Of a stretch of DNA of 64,000 bases, positions 45,248 to 55,100 are shown piece after piece; the first letter of the stretch is position 1, and the number at the start of each line of letters is the position of its first letter. Under the pieces are notes generated by a model. The model saw only the letters and a list, made by a program, of their open reading frames with translations. It was not told the DNA's origin and did no database searches. The position numbers were made by a program, and so were the translations under genes. The DNA is from Caldisericia bacterium (GTDB lineage Bacteria; Caldisericota; Caldisericia; UBA6126): the NCBI GenBank assembly GCA_035363255.1, contig DAOSES010000007.1, positions 2,723 to 66,722 on the forward strand. Reading direction: 5' to 3'.

Positions 45248-46235
45248 TCCCTTTCCCTCCCTTCAGTTTTTTTCAGACCATATTCTGCTCCTGGATCAGC
45301 GCTTGCTACCCTTTCAAGAAAAATACATCCATCTTACCCAGCTTACAGAATTAATTGATGCCATAAAAAACCTCGCAATTCGAGGGGCTCCATTATTGGG
45401 CTTTGCAGGTTTGTGTGGTTTGTACCTTGCTAGTTTGCGGTGCAAAAACAGAGCTGATATGGATAGCATGGTTTTAAAACTGTCCACAGCAAGACCAACT
45501 GCAATTCAGCTATCCTCTTGTGTTGATTCATCCTATGCCAAACATCGTCATTTAAGCCTTGAGGAACAAAGTTTAGTTTATTTTACTGAGGCTAAAGAAT
45601 ATGAACTACAAATGTTTGAAGACTCAGAAAACATCGCAAAGAATGGACAGGAACTTGTAGCTGACACTTGTAGTATCCTTACCCATTGCAACACGGGATC
45701 TCTGGCAATGCACGGCTGGGGAACAGCTCTGGGGGTGATTCTATATGGTTCGAGTGTTTTGGGTAAAGATTTACAAGTTTACTATACCGAAACTCGTCCC
45801 TTACAACAGGGGCTTCGTTTAACCAGCTTTGAATTACATCGTCATCATATAAAAGCTACTTGTATCACAGATAGCTCTGCAGCTTATTTGATGCAAGAAC
45901 GCAAAATTGATCTTGTGATCACGGGTGCAGATCGAATTGCACTCAATGGAGACACAGCCAACAAAATCGGAACCTATATGCTTGCCTTGAGCGCATACTA
46001 CCACCAGATCCCATTTTACATCGCTGCTCCCACCTCCACTATCGATTTTAGTGCCACCAGTGGAAAAGATTTCGAGATCGAACTTCGGGAAGCCTACGAG
46101 TTTTTCCAATGTGCTTCAGGAAAGCAAAACCCCCCGGAATACTTCAAGGCTCTTAATCCAGCCTTTGATGTATGTCCAGGGGATCTTATCAGCGCTTTTA
46201 TTACTGAAAAGGGGCTTTTGCAAGCCCCTTTTTAA
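45237..46235 (+). CDS. mtnA: S-methyl-5-thioribose-1-phosphate isomerase (eIF-2B-related family)
   Basis: LLDQRLLP, IRGAPLLG, THCNTGSLA, TETRPLQQGLRLT and GADRIALNGDTANKIGTY motifs. Confidence 0.8.
   Translation: MKLDPFPSLQFFSDHILLLDQRLLPFQEKYIHLTQLTELIDAIKNLAIRGAPLLGFAGLCGLYLASLRCKNRADMDSMVLKLSTARPTAIQLSSCVDSSYAKHRHLSLEEQSLVYFTEAKEYELQMFEDSENIAKNGQELVADTCSILTHCNTGSLAMHGWGTALGVILYGSSVLGKDLQVYYTETRPLQQGLRLTSFELHRHHIKATCITDSSAAYLMQERKIDLVITGADRIALNGDTANKIGTYMLALSAYYHQIPFYIAAPTSTIDFSATSGKDFEIELREAYEFFQCASGKQNPPEYFKALNPAFDVCPGDLISAFITEKGLLQAPF
46207..46233. terminator. bidirectional hairpin terminator between convergent mtnA and the NHL gene
   Basis: AAAAGGGGCTT-TTGC-AAGCCCCTTTT, with an A-run and a T-run flanking an 8-11 bp stem. 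It overlaps the last mtnA codons and its stop. Confidence 0.7.
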
Positions 46236-46248
46236 TCCTCAAAAGTAG

Positions 46249-49200
46249 TTAACTTTTTATTGTAATCTCCCGAAGCTCTGCATTCCAGTCTAATTTTGCT
46301 CCAAAGGTTTCACTGATAAAACGTAAAGGCACAAAAGTGCGTCCTGACGTGATTTCTGGGGGAGCGTCGAGTTTTTGTTGAGTTTCTCCCATTTTACCTT
46401 CTTCACGAATAAAGACATCAACTGAGCCAATCACCATACGAATAACAAAACGATCTTTCTGAATGGTGATTTGTCTAAGATTGCCATCCCAGTCGACCTT
46501 GGCTCCGAGTGCTTCACTAATAAAGCGAATAGGAACCATGGTACGTCCATTTTTGATATAGGGTGGAGCATCAAGCGTCTTGTCTTGATGGTTGACTTGT
46601 GCAAGATTGGAGCCAATACGGAGTTTTATCAGAGTAATAAGACTGACTTCCAGGTAAATGGCAGTGGTGTTACTTGCTTTATCGATCGCAATGACTTCTA
46701 TTGAGTTGAAGCCATGGAGAAGCTCATACTCGTAAGAGAATTTACCTTCTTCATCAATTACAACATCTTGAGTATCAATAGTCAAGACAGCACCAGCTTC
46801 AGTTTTTCCTTCAATTAAAACAAGTTTTTGAGTTACCTCTTCGGGGATGGGTTTGATATCAAGTTTTGGTGCCAGTGTGTCTAGCGTAACCAAGCGCATG
46901 ATTTCAGTTTCGAGACCTTTACGATTGGTAGCTTTGAGTTGAATCAGGTTTTGCCCTTCCTCTAAGACCATCGGAAACACAAAAGAACCATTCTTTTCAA
47001 CAGTGATCGGTTTGTCGTTTATAATCAAGCTAGCAGTAGGATCGGTAATGCCCGAAACTTCCAACTCTTTTTTGTTGGTGAGAAAGTTATCTGGAGGATA
47101 AGCAAGTTCAAGCTGAGGAGGAAGAGCATCAGGATTACGCTTGACTCCAAAAACCAAACGCTGGCTATGACTTAGCTTAGCTCCTGCAGCGATCAATTCA
47201 ATAGAAATATCTTTATCCTGGGTTTCAGGTTTAACCGAAATCGTAAGGATGGAATCAAAAGGAACCTTGCCACTGGAAGGCTGAAAATCAGCACTAGCAA
47301 TATCTGAAGGCAAATCTTTGATACTGAGTTTGACATCTTCCTCAAAATAGGGATCGGGAGTAAGAGAAATTTTATAAGATATGCTTTCGCCAGCCATGAT
47401 TTCCTGCTCAGCTAAAGCTTCGACAGATAGGTTGAAATTGGGAGGACGAGATTCAACAATTTCAATACGACTCGATAGGCTTTGTGAAATTCTGGATCGA
47501 ACTGAAAACGCGGTAATGGTAAAAAGTTGTTCGGATTTTGGCTCTGCGTTGGCAGGAATATTGGTTTTAATATCTATTTTAGCGGATTCATAGGGTTTCA
47601 AGGTAAATTTGCCATTCCCAGAGGCATCATTTTCTTTTCCATTGACGAAAACTTTAAACAACCATTTATCTTGAGATTTGTTTAACACGCTAATATCAAA
47701 CACTTCTGAGCGAGTACCCGTATTGACCAGGTAACTACTTACAGTAGATTCTTCGCCTTTGGTCCGTTTTTGGTTTAAGCTATGATCAGAAATTAGATTA
47801 AAAGACGCATTGTTGATGATTTTAACAGGTACTTCAGCAGTTTGAAGCACAGTTTTGGTAACATTGTCCTGTACAAAAACAACCAAACTCATGCGTGAAA
47901 GATTATAGATATCCAGGATGGTATAATCAACTTCAAGGGTGTAAACGTCCCCTTTTCTTCCAAAATTCTCTCCATTGGTCAACTTCATTGGAGTTCCCAA
48001 ATAGTCATGTTTGTCGTCATTTGTAGGCGTCAACATATCTCTAACTACAAAATGGTGTAGTTTATCTCCGTTGATTGCATCAAAGGGAATGTCGGTTTCT
48101 GTAAGAGCAAAATAAATACGAGGATCACGAAAAGGAACATTATCTAAAGCAGTTATTGTGGCCGAAGCTCTTCCGTTTTTGGCAGATGAATCGTAAAAGT
48201 TTTGCACCCCAATGCTTATAATAGAGGGTTGTTTAAGTTTTTCCATTACTTTGGTTCGATAGGCATTGTACATTGTTCGAGCTTTACCTTCTTCTGTGCG
48301 TGTATCATCGCTATTGGGTAAACCTTTAAGATAGTCAGTGCCATCAAAATATATAGTAGGGAGACCTTGATCAGACTGATACCACTTCATACGAGCTTCA
48401 CTATCAATAGAAGTAAGTCTTGGAGAGGGTTCATCCTTGCCTTGAGATTGAACATAGTACTCTAGCCAAACAACCTTTTCTGAACCTAACTCATAATGAA
48501 GACGATTCATAGCAGTATGGGAATGAACACAATTGATACACCAAATTGCAGTAAAGAGCTCTCCTAAGACAGTATGAGGCACCAAATCAAGTTTTTGCTT
48601 GTAAATAAAAGTGGAGCTTGCTCGTCTTTTTTGGCCCCCACTGGCTGCCTGAGTCTCGATTTCGATTTCATAGCTTCCTGCTTCAATCATACGAGAGGTG
48701 GGATTTAATTTTAAAAAGGTGGTGTTGCGTTCGGAGAGATTGATGGAAGGGGGATCAAAAGTGGGGGTGGTGTTGCGTGGAAGACCAAGCGCAACAAAAG
48801 AAACAACACCATTGAAGCCGTTCTGTGGAACCACTTTGACAGGGATGAGAAATTCTTCATCAGCAGAAGCTACAAACAAGGGTTGGAGCTCAGTGTAAAA
48901 GTCTGGAGCAGAATCAGCTCTGAATTGAAGTGATATTTGCTGGGAAACACTGGTATCGCTTCCTGTTTCTACTTCAACGGTAACTTGTGCGCTGTAATCT
49001 TTACCTTGTTCGAGTTTTTCGCCATGAATGGTTACTTTAACTTCCTGAGAGGGAGCATGGAAGCTGGTTGGTTCGATGCTAACAGAAGGATTATCAGCTT
49101 TTATGGTACCTTTGAGCATATTACCACTTTGATTGTGGATAAGAAAGGATCTTTCGACTTTAGTGTCAGACTTGACTGATCCAAAATCAAGATAAGAGGG

Positions 49201-51069
49201 AGTCAGGTGCAACATTTGGGTACCAAAGATATCTGTCATTGGAACAGACAGTACTCTTCGATTGAAGGTATCAGTCACAATCACGCTATGTTTAAAAACG
49301 GTAATATCTTGAGGATAAAGAAATGAGCTTTTCAAAAGTTTCGGATTGTAGTCAAAAATCTCATTTCCTCTAATAATACTGGATTCTTTAACTTGGGTTA
49401 AAGAACCAAACTTGCCAAAAACCTGGGTTTGCTGAGTCATCATATCAGTAACTTGAATACGATTATTGAGCGTGTCTGCAACATAGACCTTGTTGGAAGC
49501 GTCTACATACAAGCCTTTAGGCCCGTAGTAGCTACCGATTTCAAGGCCACGTTTCCCTATTTTGTAAAGAAACTTGCCTTCGTAATCAAACATTTGTATT
49601 CGATTGTTTCCAGAGTCGGTAACATATATGACTTGGTTTCGTACTGATATGCTGGATAAAACCATAAACTGACCATCATTGGAGCCAAGGGTACCAAAAT
49701 GGTGAACGTATTTGCCTTCCATGTCCAAAATTTGGATACGTGAATTGCCTGCATCTGCAACAAATATTTTGTTGTCAGCAATGGCAAGATCGACAGGAAT
49801 GGTCATCTCTCCAGGCTCACTGCCAGGTTTGCCAAATTTCTTCTCGAAACGACCTTCAGTACTAAAAACTGCAATAAATGAGCTCTCAGAATCGAGTGCA
49901 TATAGCTTTGAATTGGCATACTCAATGGCTTGTATTTGCTTAAAATTTGCTTTTGCCATTTCTTCGGAAGGAAAAACACTGGCAAAGGCGCCACCATCTT
50001 TAAATGATTGAATGTTTTGTTGGACTGCATCCAAAACATAGATTCGATCTTCTGAAGCAGTAACGGAAACAGGCTTTACAAAACGACCGTTAGTCTCTTC
50101 TTCTACACCAAAATAACCATAAAAACGCCCATTTTTTTCAAATACAAAGACTCTATTGGCTAGCTGGTCGGAGACGATAATCCTGTTTTCGAGGCTGGTT
50201 ACATCATAGGGGCTTTTTAGTCCGTCGTAGGTGATTTGCCCTTGATAAACTCCAGCAGTACTAAAGGTTTGAATTCTGCGGTTGAGAGAGTCTACTACGT
50301 AGAGAGTAGCATCATCAATCATAAGGCCCTTGGGTTGATTAAAAGCCTTTTCTTCTGTACCAAACCAGCCAAAATTGGAGAGATAATTGCCATCGTGATC
50401 AAAAATCTGGATTCGATGATTTCTTGTGTCGGAAACAAAAACTCTATCTTCAGAAACGGCCAGCCCAAGAGGATGATTGAATTCGCCATCCCCTTTGCCA
50501 GAGCGACCAAAGGTGGATAGATACTTTCCATTCAAATCAAACATTTGGACACGGTTGTTGCCAGTATCGAGTACAAAAAGCTTTTGTCCAAAGAGAGCGA
50601 TGTCGGTAGGGAATACCAATTCGCCTTCCTTGCTTCCGAAAGAACCAAATTGCGACTTGAAGTCGCCTTGAGAGCTTATGATCTGAACTCGGGAGTTGGC
50701 TGAATCGACAATATAAAGGTTTTGGGGAGTAGAACAAACACCAGCAATACCATCAAACTCTTTTTCGTTTTGGCCGTATCCACCGAAAGCAAGCTGGAAG
50801 ACATTGCCTCTAATGAAAGCTTGTAAACGATTGTTTTTGCTGTCAGCTACATAAACTCGTTGTTGTTCTACATTGAGATAGGTGGGTTGACTGAAAACAC
50901 CTTTTTGGAAACCACCAAGACCTATCATTGAGGTTTTAGCGGTATAGTCTACTTCTTCAATTGAAGAGCCCCCCGATGCAATGACAAAGGGTCTGTTGAG
51001 CATAAAAACACTGCCCACAAGACAAAGGCTAAGCAAAACTGAAACCCACTTAAATTGTCTATTTTTCAT
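46249..51069 (-). CDS. giant secreted NHL-repeat protein with Ig-like modules, an embedded thioredoxin-like CxxC module and two C-terminal CuAO-N-type repeats
   Basis: Signal peptide. About a dozen NHL units (NNRVQMFDLNGKYLSTFG, NHRIQIFDHDGNYLSNFG, ...). WCINC module. C-terminal APPYIKNGRTMVPIRFISEALGAKVDW and APPEITSGRTFVPLRFISETFGAKLDW. Confidence 0.85.
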   Translation of the reverse strand: MKNRQFKWVSVLLSLCLVGSVFMLNRPFVIASGGSSIEEVDYTAKTSMIGLGGFQKGVFSQPTYLNVEQQRVYVADSKNNRLQAFIRGNVFQLAFGGYGQNEKEFDGIAGVCSTPQNLYIVDSANSRVQIISSQGDFKSQFGSFGSKEGELVFPTDIALFGQKLFVLDTGNNRVQMFDLNGKYLSTFGRSGKGDGEFNHPLGLAVSEDRVFVSDTRNHRIQIFDHDGNYLSNFGWFGTEEKAFNQPKGLMIDDATLYVVDSLNRRIQTFSTAGVYQGQITYDGLKSPYDVTSLENRIIVSDQLANRVFVFEKNGRFYGYFGVEEETNGRFVKPVSVTASEDRIYVLDAVQQNIQSFKDGGAFASVFPSEEMAKANFKQIQAIEYANSKLYALDSESSFIAVFSTEGRFEKKFGKPGSEPGEMTIPVDLAIADNKIFVADAGNSRIQILDMEGKYVHHFGTLGSNDGQFMVLSSISVRNQVIYVTDSGNNRIQMFDYEGKFLYKIGKRGLEIGSYYGPKGLYVDASNKVYVADTLNNRIQVTDMMTQQTQVFGKFGSLTQVKESSIIRGNEIFDYNPKLLKSSFLYPQDITVFKHSVIVTDTFNRRVLSVPMTDIFGTQMLHLTPSYLDFGSVKSDTKVERSFLIHNQSGNMLKGTIKADNPSVSIEPTSFHAPSQEVKVTIHGEKLEQGKDYSAQVTVEVETGSDTSVSQQISLQFRADSAPDFYTELQPLFVASADEEFLIPVKVVPQNGFNGVVSFVALGLPRNTTPTFDPPSINLSERNTTFLKLNPTSRMIEAGSYEIEIETQAASGGQKRRASSTFIYKQKLDLVPHTVLGELFTAIWCINCVHSHTAMNRLHYELGSEKVVWLEYYVQSQGKDEPSPRLTSIDSEARMKWYQSDQGLPTIYFDGTDYLKGLPNSDDTRTEEGKARTMYNAYRTKVMEKLKQPSIISIGVQNFYDSSAKNGRASATITALDNVPFRDPRIYFALTETDIPFDAINGDKLHHFVVRDMLTPTNDDKHDYLGTPMKLTNGENFGRKGDVYTLEVDYTILDIYNLSRMSLVVFVQDNVTKTVLQTAEVPVKIINNASFNLISDHSLNQKRTKGEESTVSSYLVNTGTRSEVFDISVLNKSQDKWLFKVFVNGKENDASGNGKFTLKPYESAKIDIKTNIPANAEPKSEQLFTITAFSVRSRISQSLSSRIEIVESRPPNFNLSVEALAEQEIMAGESISYKISLTPDPYFEEDVKLSIKDLPSDIASADFQPSSGKVPFDSILTISVKPETQDKDISIELIAAGAKLSHSQRLVFGVKRNPDALPPQLELAYPPDNFLTNKKELEVSGITDPTASLIINDKPITVEKNGSFVFPMVLEEGQNLIQLKATNRKGLETEIMRLVTLDTLAPKLDIKPIPEEVTQKLVLIEGKTEAGAVLTIDTQDVVIDEEGKFSYEYELLHGFNSIEVIAIDKASNTTAIYLEVSLITLIKLRIGSNLAQVNHQDKTLDAPPYIKNGRTMVPIRFISEALGAKVDWDGNLRQITIQKDRFVIRMVIGSVDVFIREEGKMGETQQKLDAPPEITSGRTFVPLRFISETFGAKLDWNAELREITIKS

Positions 51070-51114
51070 TGTTCAACTCCTAACCAGACCAGGGGGTCTG
51101 AAATTAAAATCGGC

Positions 51115-51996
51115 TTACTTTTTGTTGTTTTCACTTGGGAAATCAACACTCACAGTTTGAGAAGAGGCTTCCCATCCAACTTTAGCTCCTAAAAACTCGG
51201 ACACATAACGAACTGGGACAAAAGTGCGTCCCTGGACAATTACTGGGGCTACATCGAGAGGTATAGTCTTGGTATATTTTGGTCCAATATTGATCCTGGC
51301 TTCTTTTTTGTCTACCCAGAAATAAAGCGTCATATCGCCCAAAATGTAGCTTACACGTCGGGTAGCATTATCCCAAGCAATCTGGGCATTTAGTGCTTCG
51401 CCAATAAAACGGAGTGGAACCATAGTGCGTCCACTGGTGATAAAGGGAGGAACATCGAGGGGAACATTTTTGGTTTCTTTGCTTCCAGCAACGGAGGCTT
51501 GCTTGGAATTAATCTGCATTTTAACCAATTTCTTTTCAACCACTATCGAATAGACACTAACAGTTTCTTTGAGTTTGGTGTCTGAAGTGGGCCAGATTTC
51601 GATTGTAACTTTTGCTTTATCGCCTATTTTTGCAGTATCCATGGGATGCATGGTAATGTGCATTTCTTCATTACGATTGGGTTGAACTCTATTTGGTGAT
51701 TCCCCTTCGTCCAAAAAACAGATATTTGAATAGCAAAATTGAGTAAACCAATCTGCATCTTGAGGACCCTTAGGAAACTTTTTTTCTGTGATTTTAGCAA
51801 ATAGAGTAGACACTCTGCGAGTATTATTTGTGAAATAAAAATAAGCTGCGCCAGCTATACCAGGGGTAACGGGCAGAAAAAAATCAGATTCACTAGCTGC
51901 ACTTTGATTGGACAAACCCTGGGTAGAGCTAAACAAAGTCGCAGATACCATGAGTAAGCAAACTAAAAACAAACTAAAAAATTTACGCATTTCCAT
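51115..51996 (-). CDS. secreted protein with two CuAO-N-type repeats
   Basis: Signal peptide. VPPFITSGRTMVPLRFIGEALNAQIAW and VAPVIVQGRTFVPVRYVSEFLGAKVGW. Confidence 0.8.
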   Translation of the reverse strand: MEMRKFFSLFLVCLLMVSATLFSSTQGLSNQSAASESDFFLPVTPGIAGAAYFYFTNNTRRVSTLFAKITEKKFPKGPQDADWFTQFCYSNICFLDEGESPNRVQPNRNEEMHITMHPMDTAKIGDKAKVTIEIWPTSDTKLKETVSVYSIVVEKKLVKMQINSKQASVAGSKETKNVPLDVPPFITSGRTMVPLRFIGEALNAQIAWDNATRRVSYILGDMTLYFWVDKKEARINIGPKYTKTIPLDVAPVIVQGRTFVPVRYVSEFLGAKVGWEASSQTVSVDFPSENNKK

Positions 51997-52044
51997 TCAC
52001 ACTCCTCAACTAAAATTCTGAATGAATCTAATTTATATGCACTA

Positions 52045-52084
52045 ACCCATCGGTTAAACCTTGATCAAGGTTTAACCGATGGGT
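52045..52084. repeat. perfect 40-nt palindrome (18-bp stem, GATC centre) in the intergenic region
   Basis: ACCCATCGGTTAAACCTTGATCAAGGTTTAACCGATGGGT, read directly. No U-run follows on the minus strand. Confidence 0.95.
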
Positions 52085-52144
52085 CCTCGTCACTACGAAG
52101 CTATACACAAAATACAAGGCAAGGCAAGACTTGGTTCAAGTATT

Positions 52145-55100
52145 TTACTTAACCCGTAAAATAATTTCACCCTTTTTAAACCTTCCGTTGGAATCCTTGG
52201 CTTGTATAAGTACTCGATATATTCCAGCTTTTTGGTAGGTATGCTTAAGCACAACTTCATTGCTATCCAGAGCTTGGTCGTTTAAGACAGTGCCATCGCT
52301 CCAATTCCAAGTGAAGGTATAATTGCCTGATCCACCTTCGATTTTGAAACGAACACGAACTTCGGAATTAAGACTTATTGTGCCATCAGGGTTGAGATTT
52401 TCCACATAGGCTCTGAAGTATAGTGGATTTTCAGCTCCAGGGCAAGGGTGAAGCATGGTATAGAAGGGGAAGCTTTCACTGTAATTGGGATCGGATATAA
52501 AAGTTAGGCGATTTTCGAGGAGTGTTGAGGATGAAACTTGAATAGCAGTCTTGCTTAAGCGAGCGTAAATAACTAGATAATGACCATCATTATCGCTAAA
52601 ACCTGGATATCCTATGGAGTTGCAATCTCTGGAAGGCCAGCAGTCACCAGGGCGAGAGTTCAATGGTTCATTTAAATCGTAGAGATCGATCTTGAGGATT
52701 CCATCCGTGAAATATCCTGAGGGCTCAGAAGAAATAAGCTCAAGATTGGGATCAAGACGAACTTCTATACGATTGCGGGAAAGCTTTTCATTTCCAATGT
52801 TTTTAATTTGAATACGATACTTTACAACAACATTGCTACTATCGTTTTCTTTGCATGGAGCCTGAACAGAATCAGGGAAAGATCTACGGTAAACTTCGAC
52901 TTTATGCTGTGAGATTCTTGGTAATACTTCAAGCCGGAAAACAATTTTACGCTCTATATATTTTCCAGATGGAAGCTCTGCAGAACCAACAATAGATACG
53001 TCATAGATACCGTCAGGAGTCGTTTTCTCGGTTTTGATGGTCAGTATGGATCTGTATTCGTGGATAACACTGCTACTGGTAGGATTGGGGTCCATCGTAT
53101 AAGTAGTATTTGGGGGAAGACCCATAACTTCAAAGTCTACTTGTTCATTGAACTCGAAACGGGGTTGAACTGTCACTTGGGTATAAGTACTCTCGTCCTG
53201 ATAGATAGTAGCATGGTTGGGACGTAAAGAGAGATTGAAGATAGGCTCCTGGATAAGATCCATATTAAAGTTGGCATAGTTACCGAGTAATACGATTTCT
53301 GCCCGACTTTCTTCTCGAAGCTCTGAAATCACTGTCATGGGATAGGAACTCAATGGCGTATCGTCGGAAGTGTTGACTCGTATCATGATGGAAGCCGACA
53401 TACCAGCTGACAAATACACTCGATTGCTGGGGTAAAAATCATAAAAAATACCAACATTGGAGGGATCACCGAATCCACCACCAAACTGGAGGGGTTTCAG
53501 CTCTACCCAACCACGGGCACCATTGAGAGATTTAAGGTTAGCTTGATAGTTGGTGGAGTCACCTTGCACGACCACACGGTTGAAAGGTACTACCTCAAGA
53601 GAATAAGAGGGTATAACTGGCTCAGGATCAGGTCCAGGATCTTCAAAACTACCCGATGCGACTAAAGCAAAGGGCTGACGACCCGTTGCTGGTTCACCCT
53701 GGGGAACGGATAGAGCAACAACTTCCACTTGATACATACCTGTTTCTGGATCGGCGATGAAAACTCCCTCAACATTGTTAAGGTCGTCAGCAATAACAGC
53801 TGGGGTAATAGAAACACCATTGTTATTAAAATGATTACCACGATATACGTTTCCAAGAGGGTCGCGCACCACAAGATTCAAGTCGTTAACCAAAGCTTTG
53901 GAAGCTCCAGGAGTGCCAGGAGCATCAGTATATACCAGGTTGACTTTAAGAGGTTTGGTTGAATCGTATACTTCGATATTAACAGAATAAGTGTCACCAG
54001 TCATTAATCCATTGGTGCCAGTAACATCCCAGTAATTGATGCCAGGCTCGGTAGATTTTTCAACATCCACGCGACCCCATCCTAATGCAGAATTGGGGCA
54101 TGAAACAGGCTGATTGTTTTGGTTGACTAGTCCATTGGACTTAGCTCCATGGATTAATAAAGCTTTAAGTAAGGCAGCAGAAACATTTCCATATTTTTGT
54201 CGCAATAAAGCAAGAGAACCAGAGGTAACAGGAGTAGCCATGGATGTACCACTCTTGTTAGTGTAAGCATTGGGATCGACAGTAGAACGAACTTGTTGTC
54301 CTGGAGCTACAATATCTGGTTTGATTCTGCCGTCGCCAGCAGGACCTCTTACAGAAAAAGAAGCAAGTTTGTCTGGATTCAAGCCAGCTTTATTGTTTTC
54401 AGTTGCACCAACTACAATATTGTTTTTTGCGTTTGCCTGATATCCAAAAGAATAGACACCTGTCTGATAATTACCTGAAGCGAATAGTATTGAAAAGTCT
54501 TTTCGTTCCCATAGAAATGTATCCATAACCACGGCATCAGATGCATAGGTGTTTGAATTTGCGTTACCCCAACTGTTGCTATGAATACGAGCCCCAGAAT
54601 TATAAGCAAGATTAAAGTACTCAATTAGGCTATGGTTTGGACCAGCTGGTGGTAAATTTTGAGGAGGACCACTACTAAAGTACATTTTTTGAATAACCAG
54701 ATTTGCTTTATAAGCCATTCCTCTATATTGCTGATTATCTGGATCGTTGCCTGCAATAGTCCCTGCTACATGGGTACCATGGAGGTTCCCATGGGCTCCA
54801 CTGTCAGACCAATTGCTATCTGCTGAATGATGAGCAACGATTTTGCCAGGATCCTTAAAAGCATTGTGAAGCGTAAGTTCATCTCCAGTAGATAGTCCAG
54901 AGTCAAGCACAGCCACAATTTGTCCTTCTCCTGTAAGCCCTAACTGTTTGTCGTTGTGAAGATTGTCACGAATATTGACTACCTGCGCAGCTTCAGCATT
55001 AAACAATTTTGCTTCAGCTTTTTGGGTGATACTAATAATCTTTGAATTAAGAGAATAAGCTCCCAAACGATTGGTATGTTGGGATTTAAGCTCAAGAAAC

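Noticed and set aside
51080-51096. Short hairpin CAGACC-AGGG-GGTCTG between the CuAO-N-type repeat gene and the NHL gene.
   Set aside because: The stem is only 6 bp, with no U-run on the minus strand, and the sequence overlaps the likely SD region. This is too weak to call a terminator or regulator.
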